A model generated the notes under the pieces. The model worked only from the letters and a program-made list of their open reading frames with translations. It was not told the DNA's origin and did not search any database. DNA of 63,877 bases, filler included, from Choristocarpus tenellus KU-1152 (Eukaryota > Protista > Phaeophyceae): NCBI GenBank assembly GCA_964200185.2. It is 10 parts of 10 records of this genome, joined end to end, with 100 filler letters (N's around TTAATTAATTAA, not from the genome) between each part and the next. Parts side by side here need not be neighbours in the genome. Positions count along the whole stretch, not along the records: positions 1 to 4,382 come from CAXNAD020014813.1; positions 4,483 to 9,006 come from CAXNAD020014160.1; positions 9,107 to 17,253 come from CAXNAD020005081.1; 7 more parts are not named here. One strand, written 5' to 3'. Below are positions 1 through 12,859 of the stretch, in pieces; the first letter of the stretch is position 1; every line of letters begins with the position of its first letter. The translations under genes and the position numbers were made by a program.

Positions 1-509
1 ATACCCCTTAGTCAATCAGGAAGGGTGAAAGGAGAGCATCCACCACCTGGAAAATTTATGGGGGTTTCATCCCCCCCCTTCCATATCTAGGAGACAGTAT
101 TTTATGGATGAATCAATGGGGCGCAACCTGCAATGGTACTCATACATAGGGTGTTTGTGTAAGAACAATACCTTGGTTCCATTGGAAAGGTCAAACTTAT
201 TTGTACATTGTCAGAGTTCTGTGACCTGCCTCCCCCTCCCCCTGAGTTGGCTGTCTGAACATCCCAGCTCGATCCATTAGCACATGATCACATTTTGCAA
301 TGATCATGGGCTGCAAGACTCAACTATCGCATTCAGAACGAACACGTAATGTTAAGTCAATCTTTTCCGCAAGTCTTGCACTTAAAAAAAACCCAGCTCA
401 AAACCAGTTCCACAAAGTGGAGTGTTGTCCAATTCCTGCGATGAACTCCCTCATATCCTCGTCACCTCATCTTCCCCATCCCAGGACCAGACCTGTTCCC
501 GTTTCTCAG

Positions 510-3500
510 GGTATGGGGTGGTATTGATGAGGAAGAGGAAGTGCTCCAAGTATCACGGGCTTTAAAGGACAATTTACAGGTGGCAGGTCTGCTGGGTCTT
601 GTCTCCCCGCTATCTCAAGGTGAGCATGGCATGCTGTGATGGATTGTGACTGGGCACCTCCAAAAGTGGTTGCAAGCAAGACCAGGGGAATAAGGGGGCA
701 AGACGTTCAACACACATCTACTTCTTACCCTGAGTGAAAGTATCTTAGAGAGTACGAATTCTTCCCTGTTTGTCCATTTGGGGCTTGGCTTCCCACGAGT
801 TTTTAGTACCATTTTTCCTATTCCAAAATTTTTCGGAGTACATAAAATGTAGAAGTTATGAAAAGGTGTGTCCGGAAAAAGGATATTGACATCTCATAAC
901 AAACATCATAACCAAAATTACATCAAAATTGCAACATTGGATTTTGTCCCCCAAATGGACGTGGCTCTACCCTCTAAGATATTTTTTCTCCCTTGCACTT
1001 TAATTCAGAACTCATTTATTATCCATTTCAGTTCTTCTTGAAGCCCTTACCTATTTGCATGCAGTGATAGCGTATGCTTTGCCCTCTGTTGTCTCCACCA
1101 CTTATTATAGCACAAGTCTGGTCTATCCTAGTCCAAACCTCCATTGGCCGTCTTCGTCTGCAATTCACTTGATCTTGATTCTTTATCCATTCCCAGTGCA
1201 TTGCCTTGATTACGCCCTTGCCCACATGTCAGCTCTGAAGTGTCATCTCTAGTGCCTCTCGCTCTGTGCACATAGCCCTAATGCTAGCTTTCCGTTGGGC
1301 AGGAGGGGACCTACCGGCAACGGTGGTCTTTCCAGATGACAGGTTCCCATGTGCAGAGGGTAGACTGCGATTGTTCTCAGGGGGGCTGTCGTTTCACTCG
1401 CCAGGATGCCTTCCAATAGTCATTTCAATTGCTCGGACTGTCCAGGCTATTGGATTGGTGGAGACCTCACCAGATACCAGTGCCAATCAGCAGCTCTTGC
1501 TAATAGTCAAGGTGCACAGTCAGATGTTTTATTTGGATATGAGTGCGTGTGATTGGTGTATATGGGTCCATCTTCCCCGGCATGAATGTACTCAAGCACT
1601 TCAGTGTGCTCAACCACATGCATTCCCTTTTGAAATATGGTATGTATATATGTATGCCTGTAGATCTTACTCCAATCTTGGGGCAGCTTTCTCAGTGCAC
1701 ACGGATCCTGAAGTTTTGCCAAAGCTTAATCACCTGCTTCCTGGCTGCAACAACATGCAACACTATTTGTCATGCCTACACGAAATCAGCTCAAGGAGAA
1801 GGTCCTGCCCCATGGCGTTGAGGGTGAAGGAAACAACACCAACCCTATTTTACGATCATACCCATTCCTGATCTCGTCTGACAGCATGGGAGTTCTTCTC
1901 CCTCCTGGGTCTTCTCTTTCACGCAGCGTCCTACAGGTGCAAAGTGTGTATCCTCTGTTTGGGGTGGGAAAGGATGTGTCCAAGGAATGCTGCAACCAGT
2001 ATCTGGTCTAAAATATTCTACTTTGTACTGGATTGTGCTGATTTTAGATATGCTAGTACAGCACAAGGATAGAATAAAAGAAAAAGAATTACCCTGCTTT
2101 CCTGCATGTAAGTGTATTTGGGTAGAGGTAAGTGATGTGGTAAAAGTGCTCATTGCAATAATACGCTTGAAGCATGGACAGAGAGGGCAAGGCATTTGCA
2201 CAACACTACTACAGTAAAAGCAGGGAAATATGCGCCTAATTTGATCCTTTACAACCTAGAAGGGAAATTGCACAACACTACTGCAGTAAAAGACCACACC
2301 TGGTTGGACCTTCTTTGTGGTTATGTGTTGCTCTCGCATTGTAGTAGAAAGACCTTGCTTGTGTTCATGAACCTGCGTTTTATGTAGAAAACGCATCTTC
2401 CGTGTGTGATGCTGAGAGGGGGACCTCCTGACATCCCATTCTCATGCCCAAGATACAGCTAAACTTCCCTAGGAGGCTGTTTTTTATTTTATGTAGAAGA
2501 GAAAAAAAAAACTAATCCAGTGAAAAATAAAGTGTGAAATCGCCCTCCAGTGCACTAGAAGCACATGTACCTAGTCACAGGGACCCCACATACTCAGCAA
2601 CACCCCCCTCCAAGATAGGATAGCTCTCTGCCTTTTTGTTGTTTTGTTCCTTCTACTGCCAAAATAGTTGCAGTTACTCCAAATAATATTCCACTGGAGC
2701 CAAAGTATCTTAGGGTTAGGGTAACGCCACGTCCATTTGGTGTCCAAAATCCAATGTTGCGATTTTGATGTAATTTTGGGCATCGTGTTTGTTAGGAAGT
2801 GTCAGTAGGAAGTGTCAGTGTCCATGGTCCAGACACACCTTTTTATAACGTATACATTTTTCCTACTCTGAAAAATTTCGAAGTAGGTAAAATGGCATTA
2901 TAAACCCATGGGAAGCCAAGTTCCAAATGGACAAACAGGGCAAAAATCGTACCCTCTAAGATACTTTCACTCACTGATTTTCCCAATCTGGGCTCATGTT
3001 TTGTCACATTCTAACTCTTTCCTGCTCAAGGCACTTGGCTTGTGGAGGGCAGCTTCTATAGATTCCTCCCTGGGAAACATCACCCTCCTTGAAGTTCCAG
3101 CCCCATTACTTGCAGGCATCCCAATCTGCACAAGCCCTGGCATTGCGAGCTATTCCGCTAAGAGCATTTCCCTTCTAGCAGCCAAGCTCAACATTGGATT
3201 TCAAGTCCAAGAAAAGCATGGGGCACTACCAGTCAATGAGAGGCACTGGAAAAGGGAACAACAGCGTATGGAAAATATGGTACACAGAGGAGTTCAACCT
3301 GAGGTTGGACCCAAGACTGATATAGCAAGCATGAAAATGAGTTGTATTGGAGTGAGGTTGAACAGAGTGAAGGCCATCCCTGCTACCATTCTCATAGGTC
3401 TCCCAGGGAGTGGTGTTCTGACAGTGGCGTCATCTGTCCTCCGGTTCTCTTCTGGGGAGTCAGATTGGAGGCTGGTATTAGTGCACCAGACTGGGCAGGT

Positions 3501-3533
3501 TGGCTTAGAGACTGCCTTGGAGACTGCCATCAC
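510..3533 (+). CDS. Partial multi-exon gene, DNAAF9/Shulin (C20orf194)-like dynein assembly factor; exons 510-619, 1303-1511, 1790-1936, 3031-3533
   Basis: AG/GT-bounded, phase-compatible exons give VWGGIDEEEEVLQ...PLSQG/GDLPATVVFPDDRFPCAEGRLRLFSGGLSFHSPGCLPIVISI...LLLIVK/LKEKVLPHG...MGVLLPPGSSLSRSVLQ/ALGLWRAAS...IPATILIGLPGSGVLTVASSVLRF. The PH-like strand pattern followed by a degenerate CobW/G3E-like P-loop (ILIGLPGSG) matches the domain order I recall for C20orf194. The family call is from memory, not a search. Confidence 0.55.
732..990 (+). mobile_element. MITE family A (~260 bp), full copy
   Basis: TIRs GAGTGAAAGTATCTTAGAG...CTCTAAGATATTTTTTCTC; 3-bp TSD CCT; about 12 homologous copies or fragments in the window. 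Confidence 0.9.
2697..2972 (-). mobile_element. MITE family A, full copy with a telomere-type insertion in its left TIR
   Basis: TIRs GAGCCAAAGTATC...GATACTTTCACTC; 4-bp TSD ACTG; internal 13-bp tandem duplication (TAGGAAGTGTCAG x2). Confidence 0.9.
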
Positions 3534-3855
3534 GTGAGAGAGAGAGAAAGAGAGAGAGTTGTTGAAATAATATTTTTGATTCTTATCCTCCTCAACTAGA
3601 CTCCTTGTCCTCCATACCCTCTCCCTCTCTGGCTCTCTCCTAGTGAGCATTTCATGTTCACATGTCAAAAGACGAGAGCAGTGAGGAACCTCATGGGTAG
3701 GGACACAGTTGAAGTGTGTGGCGAAAGTTTGGGTTGGCAGAGCTGCCTCACAGTGATTCCGTGTGGTTGCCACAATATCAAGAGAGAGATGACGGAAAAT
3801 ATACCCAATCCTTCATGAAATTCCAGGACGTGCTGCTAAGTGTCAGTCCACTCAT

Positions 3856-4382
3856 GAGCCAAAGTAAACAAGATGAACCCAGGTTTTGGTCACTTTTCAT
3901 TCATAGTCTGTTCTTCAACAGTTTGTAATTCACCCATATTTCTATTGATTAAGTTCTAAGTTTGGCATGAGAGTGTTTATAGTAAAATTATCTTAGAGGG
4001 TAGAGCCGCGTCCTTTTGGGGTTCAAAATCCAATGTTGCAAATTTGATGTAATTTTGGCTATCGTGTTTGTTAGGAAGTGTCAATATCCATGGTCCAGAC
4101 ACACTTTTTCATAACATATACATTTTACCTACTCCGAAACATTTTAGAGTAGGAAAATGTCATAAAAAAACGTGGGAAGCCAAACCCCAAACGGACAAAC
4201 AGGGCAAAACTCGTACCCTAACCCTAAGATAATTTTTCTCTTGTTTCTCTGTTGTCTGAACATTTTCTGACATAATTCACAAATATCTTCAGAGTACACA
4301 TTTGTAAAAAATGTCGAATTTTGCACACATTTGTCAGTATCCTTAAAATGCAACTGACCCAAAGTATCTGGGAGGGGGGGGG
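3856..4382. mobile_element. Nested MITEs: family C (3856-4355) interrupted by family A (3980-4240), with family B (4356 to gap) inserted near its end
   Basis: The C sequence resumes after the A copy (flanks TTA/TTG). The B terminus GACCCAAAGTATCTGGG directly follows the C subterminal AAATGCAACT. Confidence 0.85.
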
Positions 4383-4482
4383 NNNNNNNNNNNNNNNNNN
4401 NNNNNNNNNNNNNNNNNNNNNNNNNNTTAATTAATTAANNNNNNNNNNNNNNNNNNNNNNNNNNNNNNNNNNNNNNNNNNNN
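4383..4482. other. Artificial contig spacer N44-TTAATTAATTAA-N44; same spacer at 9007-9106, 17254-17353, 20641-20740, 27794-27893, 45167-45266, 49341-49440, 57676-57775, 61245-61344
   Basis: Nine identical 100-nt blocks. The core has stop codons in all six frames, as in a concatenation linker. Sequences on the two sides do not continue each other. Confidence 0.97.
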
Positions 4483-5327
4483 TCATTGCCACCCCCCACA
4501 CACTGTCCTACTACCACCTTCGGCATGGATTCCCATTCAAAAAGGGGCCCTTAAAAAGTGCTGCAACATTTACAAAAAAAAACATATCGGCACTTTTTCC
4601 CGGTCAATTTTGGGTCAAACCCAATCTCCATAGTACGCTCCATCCTCAATTTTTGAAATCCACTGTTATATGGAGAAGGGTTTCAAACAGTTCTCCCTGA
4701 GGTCCGAAATGAGACCAATCCAGGAGAAGACAGACATCAGGAGCTTTACACAACAGTGGAGGGTCTGTCCAGGGTATTCAATGAAGTACTGTAAAGGCAG
4801 GAGCAAACTCAAGATGAATGTTGGAAGAGCCAGCGGTGGGCATAATTCCATTGTTCAGCTTGCAGTTCCAAGCATGTGCCCTCCGACTGGTCTTGTACCA
4901 GCCAAAGTTGGGTGCGTTGGACCCATCAGATAGGTGTAGAGTTCTGAGACGACCTTGAAAGTTCGGACGGTATCGGCGATGGGAGCTCTCAGAGTTGGAG
5001 GTCAGTTTCTTCTGAGAGTTTAGGGTCCGACGGACCTGTTGTCCATCGCAAGCATGGACTGAGGACAAAGATCCAGTCAAGTTAACGGCCAACATGTGAA
5101 CAGGACTGGAGGAGGAAGTCCACAAACTATTATTGTATCTAGATTGGCTATCTCGCCGTGTTGACAACCCTGCGGTTTATGCACCTTCAGCATTCCTACC
5201 CAGAAGTTCTTGTGGATGGTTTTGTTGAAGTGAAAACACTGATGGCTCAAAAGGCGTACCACAACCTTGACATTGCCTTTGGTCGTCAGCACCACAAACC
5301 AAACGCCGTGTCTCCTTCTTGTCATAA

Positions 5328-5598
5328 GGCACATAGTATCCTAGTGGGGGGGGCGGCGTCCATTCATGGCCTTTGTGATCATTTAGTGGCTTTCATATCA
5401 TTTGGCGAATGTGTTAGATGTAAGGGTAATTTCCTTTATTTGGGTGCACCTTGCTTTAAATCCCCCCGCCTCGACCAAATTGGAAGGAAAATCAACCACA
5501 AAACGGGCATCAAACTGGGATGTTTTACAACACTCCATCAAGTCGAGAGTGGACGGCCTGGTCTAAGCCCTCCCCACCCTCCAGGGTACTATCTACCC
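5328..5598. mobile_element. MITE family E (~270 bp)
   Basis: TIR CATAGTATCCTAG...CCAGGGTACTATCTACCC; homologous in opposite orientation to 57389-57638. Confidence 0.75.
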
Positions 5599-6749
5599 AA
5601 CCTCAGTAAACTTTTTCAGTCCGTGGGCACTTGGTTTATGCTGAACACAGTGGAGAACTTGTAGGCCCAGTTTGTTTAGTTCTTCTCTATGAAGCTGGAA
5701 AGGGGATCAATGCACTCCTTGTGCTGAGCCAACTCGATGCTCCACGGTTCAGGGTGGCAGATGGTAGTTCTTCGCTAGTTTCTGGGTGCACTCGGGACAG
5801 ATTACGGCACTGAGACACCATTCCTTGCTCCATAGAAGACTTTTATGTTGAGAGGATGTGGAGAAGTTGTATGAAAAACGTTTGCTCAACTCCCAACGGG
5901 AAATGGACCAAGAAGCAAAAGCAGTCAAGCCCTGGTCATGGGACTCCATTTGACCTCAACGGCCAATCTCAATAAAATAGCCAAGGCTGCGGCAGGCAGT
6001 TCTTTACACTAGGCAGTTAATCGGGCTGACTGCCCAGACCAGGCCAGTGGCCTGGTTCCACCCCGGTCCAGTTTACAACCCCATTCACCCTGGTACGGCC
6101 CCATTTAACATTTTTTGCCTGGGTGAGTCTGGGGTCCAGATATACTCTTTTTGATGGCCATGGCCTGGTCCTGTAAGCAATATATTGTGTTTTACTTTAA
6201 TTAGTGACAGTGCCAGTCAGATTTAGTGAAAAATCAAAATCTAATCTTGGAAATCCCTACCATACAACAAAGAGTAGTAGAATGTCGAATCTAATTGAAG
6301 TATTCTAAAACAGGTAACCCTACCACTAAAATTTACCACTTTTTCATGTCGCATCATATTTATTCTGACAAGTATTAATGGTATGTGGTTATCACATCCC
6401 TCACCAAGTCCCCTCTTCATAAATTATTGATATGGGTGAGTGAAGAATTGTGAACGAAAGGGACGGGGGTTTGCGTCAACAGCACAATAATTGGGCACTG
6501 ATTGCGGATTGGCAACGACCACAAGCAGTATTATTGACGGCAACGGTGTTGTTAGTGACACACAATAAAACATGCGATCATCCCCACGCAGGTTGACTGC
6601 TCCTCCTCCTGTCCTGATAATGGGGGCCTGTTCAACAACTTCTGTTGTGTACAGGGACTAGACTGATAAATCTGCCGATGATGATGATGAATCAACTACC
6701 ATGGATATGGAGTCTGGCCCACGGCAGAATCAATGTGTACTTGTCCACT

Positions 6750-7006
6750 GAGTCAAAGTATGCGAGAGGTACCCAGAGTTGCATTTTGAGGATGCTGACA
6801 AATATGTGCAAAACCCGGCTCTTTTTACAAAATCTTTTAGGACATTATTTTCGGAATTCTGTGGAAAAGTTCAAAATAAGAGAAATGAACGCTCTCAACT
6901 TGAACTTAACACTTAATCCATGGAGATATCGGCGCGCAAATGATTGAAACACAGGCTTAATATGCAAGACGACGAAAACCTGAGTACCTTTCGTTTACTT
7001 TGACTC
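6750..7006 (-). mobile_element. MITE family C
   Basis: TIR GAGTCAAAGTATGCGAGAGGTA...TACCTTTCGTTTACTTTGACTC; flanks ACT/AAT. Confidence 0.85.
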
Positions 7007-8946
7007 AATAAGATAGGAATAATATGTAGTGTTTGTTGAACATGGTAGGATCGAGGAGGGCACCAAACAGCAAGATGTTCTGGGCCTTGAAGTACCTGAT
7101 CATCAAGATCATGGCAACAAATAAGAAAGAAGAGCACAATTAATGTTTGGGAGGGACTGACCTTCTTGATCTTCTTTCTTGGTTGACGTCTGAGGAAGAG
7201 GTCTGTGCGCCAGGAAAAGGAGGTGTTGGGATGCCACTCGCTGCTTGTAAAGTCCTCACTCATCTACCAACAAACTAAGAAAACAGTTCAGTCCAGAACT
7301 TGACTGTTGCTCTCATCATGCTCAGTCTACATTATCGATCAAAATGACACACCATCTCTCTTCTCTCTACATGACACAACATAGATGGTCATTTTTTGTT
7401 TCTGGAATCCCATTTACTTCCCATAGTGCAAAACAAAACTAGAAATTCGATAGGTGGTAGGTAGATCGAAGGAAGTGTAAGATTGTTGCTGTAATCTTCT
7501 CCACCGGAGGAGACAATGCGTGAAAGAAGTGCATGAAACCGAAACGCCCCAACTTAGTAGTAGTGTTAGCATTCCATCTAGTTAGTGGGCCAGAGTTCGT
7601 ACCACTGCACATCGTTTCGGCATTATTTTTAGGAAGCGAATGAAGCCCCAACCTAGAACTGAACGTGAGTGCGGTGGACTCCTCAGTTTAAGGCGAGACT
7701 TCCGTGTTCCAGTCAAGCTCTGTGCTGCTCACGACAACTCGATTACCAAGCCACAAGAGGTTAGACGCTCTACTCCTGAGAATATCTGCTCTGCCCCAAA
7801 CGGTTTGATGCCGTTAACGCTTCAGATAATTGATATAGCACGTTGTTTGGGGTGTCATACGAAACAGAGTGCTTTGCTGAAGAAGAAGAAATCTGCTGTT
7901 CTTCCTTTACATGCACCTCAAGACATATTTGGAAGGCCTGCTCGTAGTTGGATTAATTCGTACCTGCATTTATTTTGCTGATCTAGATAGACACCACTCG
8001 CACATAGTGAGAAGGAGCTTCCCATGTGCATGACACTACTGTTAATCTCGCTGAATACATATATCCAGGTGCCCTGTCTGGTGGTCAAGCAAGCATTCAG
8101 GGTCATGAGCAAGGGATTCCCGGTGAGGGGAACAATCTCATGTTAGAATTGCTGGTGCTCCAACGCCGCTACATAGAGCGAATATGCCCACTTTTTAATC
8201 CTTGCGATTGCCAGTCACAGGAATGAAAGGCTTACGACTATTCTCCTGACACGTTGGATGTTTCCGACTCTCATTCCCTTCCTATTCTCACTCCTCTCTT
8301 GCCCGCATCCTCCTGATGGTAGTCGGCACTCTCAGAGTTCGACCTACGTTCATTCGTGAAGCGTTCTGGTGTCGGCATATCTACCACTGTGATCAGAGAC
8401 TTGTTCGCCACAACGAAAGCTATGCGCAAAGATTGGGATGGTGAAGGAAGACACTTTCCACGAAAAGTGAGCAACAAACACTTAGGGTTCCCAAACCCAA
8501 GAGAGGTCAAGCTAACACATCCGCCACTCCAAAAGCTAACATGACAGGTCCTGGAAGGGAAAATACACACGTGTTTTAAATGTACAGCCCTTGAGGAGTC
8601 AACTGACCCTCGACTTCATATTGTACCCTCTAAGCTGCCGCGCATATTGTACATTCACACACTTAGACCTCCTTATCTTTCTCGTAGGTCAAGCGAGACA
8701 CTCTGCAAGTTGAGGATGTGCTATGGGCACTTAGGGTTAGGAAGACTAGGAGGGAATTTGATAAGTGGGAAGTGAAACCGTACAGGAATGAGGTGAGATC
8801 AAGGCCTAGTGTTGACAGAAGCAATACTGAAAATGCAGCAGTTGATGTTACAATCACTTCGTTTGCTGCTGCTGGATGGGATAAGACAGGAGAATAATAT
8901 AGAGATGTCAGTGGGGTGATTTGCACTGATGTAATATTTTGGTAGT

Positions 8947-9006
8947 GGGTCCAAGTATCTGGGGGGGGGTGTCGGCGTCCGTTTTTCACTTTTTTGGTGT
9001 GATTTG
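8947..9006 (+). mobile_element. MITE family D left end at contig edge; a family A right half (9107-9291) starts the next contig
   Basis: GGGTCCAAGTATCTG(n)TGTCGGCGTCCGTTTTTCAC matches the start of the copy at 10543. Confidence 0.8.
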
Positions 9007-10542
9007 NNNNNNNNNNNNNNNNNNNNNNNNNNNNNNNNNNNNNNNNNNNNTTAATTAATTAANNNNNNNNNNNNNNNNNNNNNNNNNNNNNNNNNNNNNN
9101 NNNNNNTCCCGATCTGTGCTTGATAGGAAGTGTCACTATCCATGTTTCCGACACACCTTTTCATAACGTATACAATTTGCTACTCCGAAATATTTTGGAG
9201 TAGGAAAATGTCATAAAAAAAAACCGGAGGGAAGCCAAGCCACAAATGGACAAACAGGTCAAAACTTGTACCCTCCAAGATACTTTCACTCAGCTTCCCT
9301 AGCTCCTCACCCTGGAGTGTAGGGCTAAGCTAGTTTGAGGCATAGGAGGGCAGTGGTGTAGCATAGCTGGTAGTAAAATACTGCGGAGTGGAAAATAGAT
9401 GATGGAAAAATGTCTTTCACATTCATGACAACTGTCACTTTTTGGGGGGTTGTGCTGATACTTGATTGGCTTTTCATTGTTTTTTCCCTTGACACATGTG
9501 CAAAATGTCAGAGGGCATAACAATATAATACTGGAAATTCCACACCATACATATATTTTTCGGGATCATTCCGTCCTAATATCAACTACATGATGGGAAA
9601 CCCACTATAATACTACCCGTGTTAAAATAGTAGTGTTTGTTGAGAAGTGGAGTAGAGTCATCAAAATATACTTCCCTATTAATTACCTGTAATATACCAA
9701 GAAGAAAATTACTAGTACGTAGTGTCATAGCCATCTTCCAACTAAAGTATACCTTTAACGTGACCTTTCTTGAGAAGATGTAACCCAAGGTCTGTTGCTC
9801 GTATGGCATCTGCATTTGCATGTTGAAGTTCACATTTGCTTGAAGAAAATATCGGGTGGTTTGAGTGGACCTTGCAAACCCCCCTCATCCACTATTGCTT
9901 GTTCACTCTTCCCTAAGTGGTTTTCTGAGGGATTGCTCTCTCTCCTGCCTTCTCTCTCTCTCCATATTCCCTTCCTCCTGCGGGTCTTCCCGTTCCCCTT
10001 CAATCTGAAGAACCTGTCGGCCTGTTTCTATCTGTTTCATAGAAGTAGTACATTATATATTATGCCCATTAATATTTAGCATATTTTGTAGGTGTTGTCA
10101 TGCACAAAACAGGACGCCCGCCCACTGGTCGTTGTCTCTAGATTGAAGCGCATGATACGCTTTGAAATCACTTGTGCTGCCGTGGATACAATCTGTCGTA
10201 GACATGCGTTCACCCCTCCTTTCCGACTGAACCCCCCAACCCCCCTACTACTCCCTTCGCTAGCTCATCTATATATTACTCTGATCTTGTGTAAAGTCGC
10301 CTGATCTGAAGCTTTTTGTCATAAAGGTGTCAGAGGTTAGACTATGAGGGGTTCAAAAGTTCCTTGCATTGGTTGCACTTCTGGGTCCAGCCTGTTATTA
10401 CAGCACAGCGGTAGAGGAGTCCCACAAAGGGGATTGCATGTGCACATCTTAAACACGCTAAACTAAGATTTTGCTATTGCTGTGCCCTAAATTGCAAAAC
10501 TGGGATGCTTTGCGCTATGTTCACTTTTGTTCATAAGATACT

Positions 10543-10681
10543 GGTTCAAAGTATCTGGGGGGGGGTGTCGGCGTCCGTTTTTCACACTTTTTTCGATTTT
10601 CACTTTTTTTTGTGATTTGGTCGCACGTGTCGGATTTGAAATGTCAGCAAAAAAAAAGAGTTGTTTGACCGAAATGGACCG

Positions 10682-10712
<31 letters not shown>

Positions 10713-10729
10713 CCCAGATACTTCGACCC
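10543..10729 (+). mobile_element. MITE family D (poly-G/poly-C subterminal tracts), full copy
   Basis: TIR GGTTCAAAGTATCTGGGG...CCCCAGATACTTCGACCC; 3-bp TSD ACT; homologues at 8947, ~27935-28133 (opposite strand) and 61166-61244. Confidence 0.88.
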
Positions 10730-12859
10730 ACTGTGTCAAAGGCGTGATTTGGGGCTGCTTGGCTTGGCTTGCACCCTATTCCACACACTGGGCAGGCAAG
10801 TATCCCTCTTGCCGATATTTGTTTGCACTCGATACCTCGATGACTGACATTTTTTAGCAGTATGGCACTATTTTGACCTCAATTTGCACCTATTGTGCCC
10901 AGTGTGTATTGAGGTCCCTCTCAAGGTGCCAGGAAAAAGGGATAACTATAGGCTATCGTACTGGGAAAAAATACTTTCCCGATCTACATCCAACCCTCAT
11001 AGTTTTATCCTCAGCGACTTCTTTGAGGTAGAAAAGCTTCAGGCACTGTCTTTGTGCAGAGAGAAGGCAAGTGATGGATATTGTGGCAACTCACGTGGTG
11101 GGTGGTAGGGGGCAGGGAGGTTCTACCAGAAGAAGAGGAATGGTGAAGGCACGCTTGTAACAGACTGTGTTCTTAACGGCACAAATAGAAATAGTGTCAG
11201 TCTCAATCAAGATCTCAAGGCGTGTAAAGCGCTTCAAACTGGAGACACCGTGCAAGTGGGTGAGGCTGGTCCTGACCAAATAATGGGAGTCTTTCCTTGT
11301 TTATATTAGACTGTTAACGTGGTGCCAGGCTGGGAGGGGTTTCAATTTTGTGTGTCGTCACATACTTGTTTTCAGAGAGGTACCATGTATCTATATAATT
11401 AATGCGGAGTGGTGAGAAGCTATCTTTTAAATTCCGTACTGGGTACTTGATTTAGGTGGGTTGGTGTGATGCACTTTGAGGCGAAACAAAAAATGTAACT
11501 TCTAGTTAGATATAATTCACACCTCTATAGAATATGCACAAATTGCATAGTATTATACTGCGTAGAATTTAATAGCTTCTTATTGGTAAAACTGTAACCA
11601 GATTTGTTTTATTGTCATGCCGTCAATCGCACTATGGCTAGCTGCGCGATGTGCACAACCAACCATACCTCTAGGTACATTGAGTCCTTGGAGAGTGTAT
11701 CAACACTTCACCATGAAAAAATTGTTTTATAGTTTTGAAGATTTCTTTTTGTTGTAAATGTGAGAAATGGGTAGACCGTAAAAATCAAGCAAATGCAGGA
11801 GACTATGGAATAAATGAAGTACAACAACAAAACCAAACCTCCTCTAATTCTATTCTATTGCTTGCACCCGATGCCACATATTGGGGACACTTGACTTGGT
11901 TTGCACCCTGTACTCTCAGCAAGTGATGTTCGATTGGAACCTGACACTATTTGCCCCTTTGTTCACGCACCTGTTACTCCCAGTGCGATGATGTCACTTA
12001 CAATATGTCAAAAAGTGAGTTTATCGTAAAAGAATTGTTGGCAATCATGCCAAGTAAACCACTTTGGCAACGTACGTAGGGCAACTCAAATTGAAAAGTG
12101 TAGTTGCGCTCAAGGTCTATGTGGGGGCATGGGCGTAAGGATATCCCCTCATTGGACCTCCTCACAGGTGGGAGGCGCTGTTTGTTGGTTGGTGGTGCAG
12201 AATCTAAGCAACTGAGGTCAGGGTGAGGACTGCGCTTCGTTGGTGTTGCTGTGTCCACACCTGAGCCTCAGCCTAATGTGTAGCGAAGATACTCTTTTTC
12301 GTTCTTCCCAGACGAGCATGTTTCAACATGGTGTTGAGTGATATTTCTGTTGAAGTACTCTTGTATCTCCCTTGCACCAACCATAGTACTGCTGACTTTC
12401 TATGGTCAGGATGGGATACTGTAGTGCACAATAATTCTACTGTGAGTGGGTAATAAGGAGGGGGTTGTGCTGTGATGGAAAGAGGACAAGAAGTTCGGTC
12501 AGATACTACCTACGGTGTACAAGTATTTCCAGATATGTATCCATTAGAGGTACCCCCAACTCATTTCAAGCGGGTCTGCGCTCATCCACCTAATCCTCAT
12601 GATTACATATTTGATAAGTATACAACCTTGTCACAACCACCATACACAAATAATTTGGTTGGGGGGGGGTTCCAGCTCAAAATTTCAAAATCTGCCCGCC
12701 TACGAAGCCAGGAAATTCCGTGAATGATTAGCCCCCGGTCTAATTTGTGTTGTGCTATAACAGCAAAGTGTACATAAATACCTGTGTGGTTGGTGTATCT
12801 GATATATACAAAACATAATCATAGTGCATTTTGTGTTTGTCGTTGATATTGTAGTTTTT

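Noticed and set aside
615-812. Family of similar short ORFs (…[10 protein letters not shown]…; also 21170, 52000, 33741, 34223)
   Set aside because: Incidental translations of MITE family A with no conserved start, stop or frame.
2697-4240. Composite transposon carrying a host exon between two matching variant TIRs
   Set aside because: Each A copy has its own target flanks, the outer flanks do not match, and the exon is in phase with upstream exons outside the unit.
4427-4438. TTAATTAATTAA recurring nine times as a biological motif
   Set aside because: Always centred in exactly 44+44 N; an artificial six-frame-stop linker.
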